DNA of 64,000 nt from positions 23,125,504 to 23,189,503 of the forward strand of contig OZ037765.1 in assembly GCA_964035545.1 (NCBI GenBank). Direction: 5' to 3'. The notes under the pieces were generated by a model. The model did no database searches. It saw only the letters and a program-made list of their open reading frames with translations, and was not told the origin of the DNA. A program made the position numbers and the translations under genes. The stretch is from Bugula neritina. Lineage: Eukaryota; Animalia; Bryozoa. Positions 27,933-44,341 of this stretch are shown here, one piece after another (position 1 is the stretch's first letter; each line of letters begins with the position of its first letter).

Positions 27933-30900
27933 ATGTCAATAGCACATGTGAGTCCTGCTAGCAAATTAGCTTTCATGATGAGAAGGTCTGTTAGACAACG
28001 CAATGTTAAAGAGTCTCAACCGAGTGACGATGGTTCTACCAATAAAGTGCAAAAGGTCAAATCATCTTCTTTGAAAAAGTCTGTCGGAAATTCTAATCCT
28101 CCCTCTGCCAGCAGGAAAAGGAAATCTACTGATGACAATAAAGTTGAAAATAAAGACAAGGCTTCATATCGTAGTAAAGAAAACACTCATAAGCAGCTCA
28201 ATAACTCAGCTGATGATTCTGTTCCCAAACCAGGAAGAAAGAGTGTTACAAATTCCAAAAAGCAAAAATTGGATGACAAGAGCATTAAATCAAAATCGCC
28301 AATCAAGACTGTGCCTAATCTTTTGAAATGTGGAAATGAGAACCAGGGTGAACAAAAGGATTCTAGAAAAGTTACAGGTCGCACCAAAAGAAAAAGTGTT
28401 TTGCAAGTATCCTCTTATAAAGAATGTCAAGGTAGTGATATTGATTCTGAGAGTGATTATCAAGAAAGTGCAGCTTCTTTCGACTCTGAACAAAGTGATG
28501 ACTCGCTCTATGTTGCTACTGAAAAAGATGACTCTAAGAAAAAAAATGTAATAAAAACTGAAAAACCTAATCCAATAGAAGAACAAAGTGGTTCTTCCAA
28601 AAAGAAAAGCTCAAGTAAGGAACAACCTAAACAACAATCATCAGTCCAAAAGTCTAAATCACAATCAATAAATAAGGAACCCAAATTGCCATCATCTAAT
28701 GAAATTTATGTTGGTAAAAGAACAAAAGTTGTTACAGAGTTTGAAATTGCCAAATCTAAGCCACGCATATCAGCTAAAGAAAACAAAAAGTTAGCTATTT
28801 CTATTGCCAAACACATTAATGTCAAAGTTGCTAAAGAGGAATCTAAAAAGCGTAAAAAGACAGATGATGATTCCTCAAGTGACGATGAAGATGACTGGGA
28901 AGAAGTTGAAGGTACCAAATTATTAGCTTTATTTGTAAATTTCAAACTTTTTCGAGCAAAAAACTCACTCTATTAATGTTGGGTGTTTACCAAATGGAAG
29001 ATGACTTTTCATAATGTGTAGATAGTGCAATGTTTTACCAGTGCTAGTATTCACTTACCTTCTCACCAATACTTGTAGATGCAACGTCACATTTGATAAA
29101 AAGAGATCTTAAAATTACCGTAGATGTCGCTGGATCTAAAAAGAAGTAAGTTGATGAGTGTTTACACCATAATATACTTAGTACGCTGGTTAGCTAGCTA
29201 ATACTCAAAATGTTGATGAATGTTGAAACTTTGAAAGGATTTTTGTGTGTTAAAAGTTCACCTCTTAAATTTTTTATTTGCTAGTAAATGAATTCATTAA
29301 TCGAGTCATTTGGCCAACGCTAGAGTAGGAAAATACATGCTAGATTGAGATTTCCAATCACAAAATCTTACCATGGCACTTTTTTGTAGAAAGAAGTTTG
29401 ATTGGGCGGATTATGCTAAAATGTTGTGGAGGCGCTATCAAAGAGAGCAGCATGAATGTGTACACAAGGTAGCATTTTGCCAACTCTATCAAAATACACC
29501 CACAATATCTATGGTGAACATTATTGTAGCAAACAATGTGTTGCATAATATAAGCTGTTGCCATTTTAAAATTATACCAAAAAGTTACTGCTGCAGGTTT
29601 TATTCATGGATGTAAGCGGGTGTTGCTATTTAAGTTCTTTCTGAAATTGATATAAAAACTTATTTTAAATTTTAAAAATGGCTGCAAGCCGCTATGCTCT
29701 TTGCTAATCATTATTACTGCACTCTCTGTACATATTGCTACTACACTCTCTCTACATATTGCTACTAATGTCTATAGATGGAGTTGATGTGCCTGCTGGT
29801 TCATGGACAGCTACTGAACAATACATGCAATGACTTGATGTTCAAAGCTCTTGCCATGTCATTATTTGGTAAGACCATGCTCAAAGGTAAACAGTGCACT
29901 CTCAAGAATCTAGAGAATGTGATCTCAAAGCTGAAAGAGAAGATTAAACTGCAACCTGCTAAATCTGCATATTCTAAGCCCAGTTGCATCAACACTATAA
30001 CTTTGGTAAAAGTTTTATGTCACACTTTATTGTCAGTTATAACCTTATTTTTTACTGAAAAACATCTTTTCACCGTCTGCCCAAACCTTGGCTATCGTTA
30101 CAACTCAACACTGGAAAAAAATTTATTTTTAAAACTTACAATGCAGTTGTATCTTTTTTGTTTCTATAAAGTTATTTTTAAATGAAATTTTGACTGGGTC
30201 TTCCATGCTGTGCACAATATGACAAAGAGGATTGTGACCATTATGAATTCTGGCTATGGTTGGCAAGCAGTTGCCCATTCCATAAGCGTAGGGCCACACA
30301 TATTTTTTATGTTAGTTGTTGTACATTTTACTAAGATCAATAAAATGTACAAGTAACAGTTGTCCTGTTAGACTGTCCAGGTATCAATTTTGTGTTTTAT
30401 AAATTTCTATTAGATGGATAACCTGGTTGAAGGGTTCAATTCGGGAATCATTAGAAGAAACGACGAGTTTGTATTGGTATGTTATTGATGATTATAGGGT
30501 ATTCAACAGTTCATTTCTATACTTCTTTTTTGTATTCAAACTTTTGTTTATTGTTTTTTGCATATATTGTGCCTTGATTGGCTAAAAGATAAAAAGGATT
30601 ATTTTTAGAGATCTTCTGCTGTCTTGCGCATTTCATTCCACTAGAAAACTTGAAAGTCGAATAAATTGACCAGCAAAAATTTTTTAGTTTGGTGCATCTT
30701 TAAAATTGATTCTACTACTAAAAAACATGAAATGAAAAGCCTTATTTCGTAACTCATAAGTTATAACCTCTCATAAAGGCTATTTTTCCTTCAGAGGTAA
30801 AATAACTGATCCTACTTTGAGCCATTTTGAGATTTTTTGATGTGTTGCTCTACATAGAAATAATTGTACTAACACTCTACCTCATTCCTATACCCCTATG

Positions 30901-33900
30901 CTAGGGTGTGCTATTTATTTATGTCGCTCTATATTGAATGGTTACTTTGCATTGAACAGCTGATGGTGAGCATACTGAGGGCTCTTGGGGCTGTTGTACG
31001 TCTCTGTGTTGCCTGGCATCCCACGCCATTCCAAATCAATCATTTCAAGAAAATTCAGAAAGAGAAAAGTTCCCAATCAAGCAAATCTAAATCAGGGGGA
31101 AAACAAACCAAGTAGGTGATAAAATGAAAAGAATTTTAAATTTCTATCATACTTGAGGATACTTTTCTCTTAAGCCACCGGAGAGTTTGCGTTACTAATT
31201 TTTGGTGCGACTGTAAATGGGATACATTTGTTCAAGTAAATTGATTTCTCAACATAACTTTTCCAGTATATAATATGCATATGATTTTGATTGCTTACTT
31301 TTGAAGGATGGTTTGGAAACTCAGACAATATTCAATATCTTACACCTTTAGTAGTGTTACTGGCCAACAGCTGCTCGAACTGGAAGCATCTTAACGGCTA
31401 ATAATTCCTGCTATAACACTCACTACGATACTATTATGTTGTAGGAAAAAAGGGAAGAGTAAATCATCAGCGCCTGTTGAAGGTAATAAAACAAGTTTGG
31501 TTTATATGAGTCAATACATTAATGTGCGGTTGATATGAAGACTCCGTGGCGCAATTGGTAGCGCGTCTGACTCCAGATCAGAAGGCTGCGTGTTCGAGTC
31601 ACGTCGGGGTCAATTTTTTTTGTAATGTTATCATGTCTACAGATACGGTCTTATTACACGAATGTAGATTTTCATGTTTGAACCCACAAAATTGTGCAGT
31701 AAAAACACCTAGTGTCTGGATTTACCTACTTGGGCAACAGGAGTGATCCAGTGTAATTATGTTTAAATCCTAATCTCTGTTCTCCTTAGCTCACAATTAA
31801 TAGAAAAAATGAATGCAACACGAAAAGCAGAAATGCTAAGCAACGTCACTACAAAATTTTTTCGCTTAACATGCTGATTCCATGAAATATGTTCTATGCA
31901 GAAACTTGCTCATGTGGCAAGGCCTAAAAAGTAATGCATGCATTTTTTATATATTGTAGCTTTATTGCAAAGGCAAATGTATTGCATAATTAATATAACG
32001 ATACTCCTCTTTTGTAGATTCTCTTCATTTAGATGAAAATTTTGATCAACAGATTTGGCTTGAGATTTATATTGATAAAACATGGAAATCTGTAACTGGC
32101 AATGGTGCCATAGTTACAGATCTGATGGACATAGAGAAAAAGTTGAAAAAGCCTATTACATATATTGAATGTTATGACAATGGTATGCATAATTTGTTCA
32201 CCATCTGATAATTTTGTGTACATGGCATTGCTTAAGGCTGTTACAGGCACTTATTGATTCCAGTCTATTTACCCTGAAAATTCAGTCTCGCTGATCGTCT
32301 TTCAGCAAAGAGTTAGGATATATATTTCTGTTTGCTGGTTTGATAGCTTACTGAATTTATATTGTTGAAAAGCTTGTAACTTTGAAACAGTTTTAAATAT
32401 TTGTGAAAGTGATATAAGTCAAAAGTATGATCTCTTTTTAATATTTACCGTGATGTGCTGCAGATGGTAAGATGAAAGATCTCACAGCCAAATATGATAG
32501 CAAGTGGCTGTTGACAACACCAAAGCTGCGAGTTGAGCCTGAATGGTGGGATAAGATGATTGCATCACATCATGTCAAACAATCTGAAATGAGTTTGAAA
32601 GAGGATGAGGAAATTAAGAGTAAGCTTTTTGTATGAAGGGGGCAGTGTCGCATGTCAATGTTTTGCGTGGAAAGTATTTAAAATTTCCATTAATCGTTTA
32701 AATCGACTTGAATGGTTCGATAGATTGAGCTCTATATTTATACTCTCCCTTATACTTATTTATATCTAATGTTGCTAATCGTTTTTTTCAGCCCAACATG
32801 AGAAATTGCCTTTCCCGGACTCAATCGGTGGATTCAAAGATCACCAACTGTAAGCATGGTTTTACACAGCTACAGCTCATTGATTTTACTGAGCTTCATC
32901 TAAAAGTTTCAAGACATTGTCATAAATTTTGCAACTTATCACTATAACTGTTGGGTATAATTTATATTATACAATTGTACAATTATACTCTTATACTGTT
33001 AGAATGGGTGTTTTAGATACATCCTGGATCGTCATTTACTAAAATTTCAAGCGATATATCCACCGTCCGCTATCCCAGTTGGTTATACAAAAACTAAAGA
33101 GCCTATATACTCCAGAAGTTGTGTGCACACTGTATGTTTTCTATTAGCTTTTTATACTTAATTTTTACCAGGTTTAATATATTTCTAGTGTTTGATAAGG
33201 GGATGTAGTGAAGTATTCATGTGCGCACAAGTAAGATCATACATGCGGATTTGTGCATAAATAGCAAATAATTATACGTAACTTGTAAATGCTATACTGA
33301 AAGCGCATGTTGATATTTATAAAGGAATTTTAGTCAAGTTTATATTTTATGTTTTTTTCTAGCTCCACTCCAGAGAAACTTGGTTGAAGGAAGCTCGTCA
33401 AATTAAGGCGGGAGAAGAAGCTTACAAGTATGTGAAACCACGACCAAAAATGCAAGACATTAAAAATGGTATAAAGATCACCGAAGCTACTTTGCCCATA
33501 TATGGTCATTGGCAAACTGAACCTTATGTCCCACCAACTGCAGAAAATGTATGTTAGAAAAACATCAGTATTTTTTTTGCAAAATACCATTAGTGATTGC
33601 TGTGGCAGCTTAAATTATTTTATGTCTGCAATTAAACTTAGTTTTATTTATATTTATATATCGGCATCAACCAACCATATTTTTCTATTCTAGGGCCAAG
33701 TTCCTAAAAATGGATATGGAAATGTTGAGCTATTCAAGCCAGAGATGCTTCCTATAGGTTGTGCGCACATCAAAGGTAATCAATCATATTTTACAAAATA
33801 GTTTGAAGGTATTTTCGGATAATACAATGATGGGGCTAACCATGAAAACTGAAAACTTACCTGTTTGTATGTCAACTGAAAATGTATTTATTATGGCTAA

Positions 33901-34716
33901 GGTTACTAGTATTTCTAAAATTCAATTTCTTTTCAATATGATTTATTCTTGAGCTATAATAAAATATGTAGTATTTGTGAGATGAATTTTTAAAGCTTGA
34001 ATAAAAATATTGTTTTACTATTTGGCCAATACTGCCCTCTCTTTTTCTGATTCAAGCCATTTCTTTTAGACTCCCCTCTCATAGGAAGGATTGCTCGAAA
34101 GCTGAAAATAGATTATGCAGAGGCTATGATAGGCTGGGATCTCAGAAAAGGGCGAACTGTACCCGTGTGAGTTGACTAAAATAAAAGTTAAACTCTCAGC
34201 TAGAACTCTCTTTTCAGACATCAAGCTTAATACTCCTTTACAATTCATGGCTACTGTTGAAAAGTAACTCCAGTTCTTGCTATTTGTTCCATTTTAGCAA
34301 TCGTGTACATGCTGGTAATTTTTTCCATTTATAATAGGCTGTTGAGACTATTGTCTATGTACTTCGCTTATAATATAGCGCAAAACTTGAAACCATATTC
34401 TAACCTAGCAATGAATATGAAGCATTTCTCTATTTCAATGAAAGTCTGGAAATACTTGTATGTAACAATATGAAAAGATTAAAATTCAATCATGTAATAA
34501 CTTACTTGCTTCAACAGCATGGATGGATGGGTAGTATGCGAAGAGCACAAGGATACTTTGATGGCTGCTGTAGAAGAGTTCGAAGCTAACTTGTTGCAAA
34601 AGGAAAAAGAAAAAAGGGAAAAAAGAGTTTATGATAACTGGAGGAAAATCATTAAAGGTCTTGCCATTAGAGAGGGATTGCGAAAGAAGTATGGAGAAGG
34701 TAGGTTCGAACTTTAG
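27933..34716 (+). CDS. XPC: DNA repair protein XPC (Rad4 homolog), multi-exon
   Basis: K/S-rich first coding exon ending [209 protein letters not shown]. The stop is either at 34714-34716 or, via a donor after 34700, at 34925-34927. Confidence 0.93.
31540..31612 (+). tRNA. tRNA-Trp (CCA) in an XPC intron
   Basis: GACTCCGTGGCGCAATTGGTAGCGCGTCTGACTCCAGATCAGAAGGCTGCGTGTTCGAGTCACGTCGGGGTCA: intact cloverleaf, CCA anticodon, followed by a T-run Pol III terminator. Confidence 0.95.
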
Positions 34717-35311
34717 GCTATATTTAGTCATTCAAGTTAGCTCAAAGTACTACACTAATTAGTATGCTGTTTGGTTTCAACTCTGCCCCAATTGGTTTAT
34801 TTCAATTTTTAGTTTATGAAGCTGTGAAAAGTATCTGAACACTAAACTACAATGTAAATCAATCAAATGCTTAAGTAATTTACATTAATTTACAACTAAA
34901 ATATATTTATTTGTAGATACATTCTAGTTACTGATACTCCATAACATCTACAGCAACTCATCAAAAGTCTGGTGTTCGATAAATCAAACCGTCAAAGCTG
35001 TGAATACTGCGTGGTATCTTCAAAACACTGTTGACTGTTAATTTTAGAGTTTAAAAGATACTTAATTTTGCATTTGTTGTAATTTTTATCTTATATAATC
35101 ATGAAAAAGGTTTTAGCATGTATTTTATTTAGAAACTGTTTAACCAGAAATCTCATCATCATAAAACATATAGTTTTTCTACAAAATTTTACAAATATAT
35201 AAGTTTGTTACAATATCTACCACCCCTCAACATTGCTCCAGTCATTGCAGTGGTAAAATTAATTAAACCTTATAAATGTTTTTACCAGTAGAACATGTTT
35301 CCTCCTGCTGT

Positions 35312-39506
<4,195 letters not shown>

Positions 39507-41195
39507 TTTCAAACTGACTGCAACAGAAAGAACACTGAGTTATAACAGTTCAAAGAGGTTAATTATTTGTCATTTGTGAGAAGTTATTATGGCTTAATCT
39601 ATACAGATACTTGCCAGCCAGAACAGATAGTGACGCATGGACTAAAAATTTTCGGACAAGCTGTCATGAGAATTATGTGTGTGTGCTTAAAATTATAATT
39701 ATAACATTTTACTAAAGTAAAAAAGAAGAATTGTCATTGAGAATCAAACTCTGTGACTCTAAAAGCTCTGCCGAAATCGCACTCTAAAATATATTTGCAT
39801 GAACTGAGGGATTATTCATTTTTTATCCCTTTTCAGGTCATTCCGTACACATCAATATAAGTTAACTAAAGTAAATATTTATTGATATTTATTTATTATT
39901 TGATCTATGAGTCATACAGTACTGCTCACAAGTAACTTGCACATTTCATTTCACTGTATGCTTATTTATGTGATATGTAGATGTTAGGGGGGAACTGCTC
40001 TTTTGGTTTAGATGTTGTTATCAGTAGAAGGCAGCACGTAGTTACTGGATATATTTTTTGCTTCAAAAATCATGCTGGGAGAGAGAGCTGGGATGTAATA
40101 AATAAGTAAACTAATATCATTCAAGCTGTTATCCAGTGGATTAATTTATTATTAATTTTGTGTACAAAATAGACAGCAGTTTATATTGAATAACTTGATA
40201 CATCTAATATATAGTATATATAGACTATAGTTGCCTAAAATTGCATTGACAGTCAGCTACAGAATAGCAATAAAAACATCTATTTAAAATTTCTATTACT
40301 TATTCATGTGAATTAAATTTGAATAGCCTCTGTGACAGTAAAACATATTTATTATAACTATAATTTATAAGTGCTATAAGCCTACAACTTTATTGTGACG
40401 GTAACCCCGTAACAATTACTAAATCATAAGCAATTGGCACTTACACCATTCACATTTACATTATAACTATGATGATCATGATAATATTGCTTATGATTAT
40501 GACTTATGAAAAAAAGACTAAAACACGCTGAGACAGCAAATAAATCTGAATGTCATGGTAAGTAACTGTAAGTGTAACACCAACAGTAATTCAATACTAC
40601 TACCACTAGTACTAGTACCAAGCACTAAGTAGAAGTTTGACTATTGATTATTAATATTTTATTCACTATTGGTTAGACTTGGTTTATTTTATTTTTCACG
40701 CTCTGTTTTCACTTTTGATATATCTCAAAGTCAAAGCTTCAGCGTAATTTTAAGTCAAAACTGAAACTTAGAATTAAAAACAAAAACAAAACAAAGTGAT
40801 ATTTAATTTTATATTGTCATATTATTATTTGACAATTACTAATCACATCCTGATATCCATATTTATATTGATATTCATACTGATAATTATTATCAAATAT
40901 CATGCCCATGGTGATGGTGATAATCATAATCATAATGATAATCATAATCATAATGCTTACACCTAATCCTATGACTACATGCATTAACATTTACAATGAT
41001 ACATATAAAACTAAAAGCGGTACGGGTACCCGTGGTAAACAACTTAACAATTTGAATGTCAAGTTTACATATACTCAAAATTTGAGACCACAAATTTTTT
41101 AAATGAAAATCAAATTTAGTGCTTCAAGTTGACATTTAAATTTCATGACCACTACGACTATGACTAGCTTTTATATTTTGATGTTAGAATAGTTT

Positions 41196-41311
41196 TATAA
41201 GCAGCTCCGCATTGGGGGTTTTTGAGTGCAGTAATTTGCAGTTCTTGAGTTTGGAGAACGAGAAACGCAAATTACTGCACTCAGTCATTCCCCAACTCAG
41301 AGCTGCTGATA
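41196..41311. mobile_element. short foldback MITE (about 115 bp)
   Basis: TATAAGCAGCTC..TTGGGG and CCCCAA..GAGCTGCTGATA termini enclose a perfect 17-bp inverted repeat TGAGTGCAGTAATTTGC/GCAAATTACTGCACTCA. Confidence 0.6.
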
Positions 41312-44288
41312 GTGCAATTCTTACATTTACAGTTTCTTTCGCTTTGCAAGAAATAGCCTGGTGATCATTAGAATAATTATATTAACTTTAAGGTCGCGTT
41401 AAAAAAATAGTGATGTTAAAATGTATTGCTTATTTAATTCAGAGCACAGGCTTTAACAATATCCGTTCAGAATCAGTAGAAAACTTCTATTTTTTCTTGG
41501 ACGTATTTTTATTTCTATAGTTGTCGATCATGATTACATTCGGAAAATATCATTATTAAAGCCGATAATTAGGATGGGTATTTAAAACCCAAAAGAGAGA
41601 GTTTCTTATAGAAAAGATAACTTTCTAAACGTCACAAGTGCGTTCTTGGCCATTTCGACTCGAAACTACGCTTCTGCTTGGACTTGAACTTCGCCTTCGT
41701 GTATTGCGTGTGACAGCTGAAACTGAGAAAGCTAGAAAGTTAAAAACCAAGTATTTGTAGGACAAATAAACAGCGATTTGCTTATCTTAATTTGTTTCCA
41801 ACAAAATATTATCGCTTCACATGTAAGTTATGTACTAAGTACCTTTGAAAATATTGAACACTCGCTCTCAGGAACAATTGAGTTTTAGTTTGACTTTCAC
41901 TTTGACGCTTAGTCTTTGAGAGTTAAGCCTAAGGTTATACTTATACTTATAGTTATAGTTAACTGTTTATGCCATACTAATGCTTATACACCTACAGTAT
42001 ACTTATAGTAAAACTAAACGTAATACTAACTGTAACAGTTATTTTATAGTCCTAGAACTAGAAGTGACTCATGATAATCGGAATCATTTGCTTTTAGTTT
42101 TAGTTTTGGTTTAGTTTTACAGTAACAGTGTGAAATTTGTTTGACTACAGATTTAGGTTAGGTGAGAATTGTGTTAAACTTAATTGTTTTTTATATGCCC
42201 CCCCCCTCCTAAGCCTAAGTAACACTAACAGCAAGACTAAGCCTAAGAGTAAGGGCTAAGAGTAAGTGTAACTGTACGACTAACTTACTCTTAGTCTTAG
42301 AGTTAGTCTTACAGTCACTTGGTTAGTAAGTGACCGTAATATTAATTCCATAAATAAATTAACTTACTACTTTATAGTTATACTTATAGTTATACTAACA
42401 GCAACAGCAACTCTGCTAAGGGTAACACTAACTGTAACTGTAAGTTTAATGACAAAACTACTAGTATTACTAATAGTTATAGTCATACTAACGGTTAATA
42501 GTTATACTTATACATTTAAATTAGCTTTAACTTATAATTATACTTAATCTTATAGTTATACTTAGTAAGTGTAAGTGTAATCATTAGTATTAGTATTACT
42601 GTAAAATAATTTTTGTTTACTCGATTTGAGTTACTCAAATTCATACTGATGCTCTTGCTGATATATGCATGCTGCCAGCCGTTTGAGTATCAGTATCACT
42701 ATCATAATAAAATGAAACCCCAGTTTCAGAATCAGTGTGTTGCTACAATTTTTAGTTGTTGCTATGATGGAGAGTGAGATTCACTTTCACATGCCGATAC
42801 TTTCACACAGTCACAGTCATGTTTTGGTCTATTAATAATACTCAAGCTGGTCTCCTAATAATACTCAAGCTTTTAATACTATTATTAATACATATACATG
42901 AAGTTATACTAATACTGCTACTGGTATTAAACTAGTAGTACTAGTAGTAGTCTTAGTGGGTGCGTTTGTCGAGTATATTCATTTTATGCAAGCACTAAGA
43001 TACATTTAATTTACTGGTACCAATTGACTGTGAAATCTAAAGGCAAAAGATGATAATAATTATACTACAATGTACAACTTAATATACATACCGACAAGTC
43101 TACCATATTTACAATATTTAGCAAAGAATTAGAATAACTTATCAAGAAAGTGCTTCAAGAAAAGTAATATTGCAAAAAAAACAACAATTGTTGATAGAAG
43201 CTGAATTTGCTTTTTTGATTTTGCTTCCAAATTTCTATTTCTATATATAACTTTCCTTACTAACTTATATTATTATAAGGTTTCTACAGTTTCTATAAAT
43301 CTTAGAATCTATCACATCTATACACTGTACACTAGTTATGAGAACCGACCACACTAGGTGTAAGAATTAACAATGATGTAACAAGCTACATTCCAAACAA
43401 CAACAGCTGGCATTACCACATTCCTGAAGTTATAATTCTTTAAAATGCTGTTGCGACTAAATTGTTTAAGTTTGGTTACTTTACCAGCTTTCCAAGTAGC
43501 TTCTAATGCTTTGTTATCATAAACTTGAAAAAAAATTTCACAGTATTATCTTTATCACAGAGTGTGGTAAGTGGTTATGAATTATCATTTATGAAATTGA
43601 ATATTTATATTTATTTTACTAAAGATAATTTTATTATAAATATAGCATTTTAATGAGTTATTATAATCCATATCACTGATTACTGATTAACATTATAATT
43701 GTATAAGAAATTACCACAATGAGTATACTAATATTTTTTTATTAACACAGTTTTCATTATTCCTAATGAGCTGTTACTATCAGTTATTATCTATACTCTG
43801 AGAATAATCAAATTTATTGGACTTGTTGATACTAGAAATGTGCTAATCGGAATAGTGAGTCACCAATACTTGCACTATAACTATTTACAGTTTCATAATA
43901 TTAATACCACTAATAGTACAATACTAGTGCTAGTAGTAATAACCAGTATTGTGCTATTTTTAAATATCTATAATACTAGTAATAACATTACAAAACTTGA
44001 TAGTGCTGCTAGCTTCTTAATTTTTTTGCAGCTGCATTTTCATTGAGATTAATCATAGTAGTAGTAGCATCAGTTGGGTGTAAACAATACAGTATTGCTA
44101 TACTAGCAATGTTACATTCACAGTTTCATATTACTGAATGTTGAAATTACAGTGATCATTTTATATGACTATTATTATTAGCCTTAGGCTTGCTTTTATT
44201 TTTATATAGTAGCATCTTGTAACATTGAAGGCTAGGAATAGGTATAGTTATAATAGGTTTGCATTCAAAATGTTGAATACTGCTTTGG

Positions 44289-44341
44289 TAGTAGTGGTAG
44301 TGGTAGTAGAAGTAGAAGTAGTAGTAGTAGTAGTAGTAGTA
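44289..44341 (+). repeat. (AGT)n/(GGT) microsatellite
   Basis: Direct read. Confidence 0.85.

Noticed and set aside
29720-29768. 24-bp tandem duplication near an XPC acceptor (similar short direct repeats at ~10630 and ~42835)
   Set aside because: Ordinary slippage duplications; no spacer structure, so not CRISPR-like.
42150-42320. Interstitial telomere or telomerase RNA template
   Set aside because: No run of exact TTAGGG or TTAGG repeats and no CTAACCCTAA template seen; only degenerate TTAnnn units.
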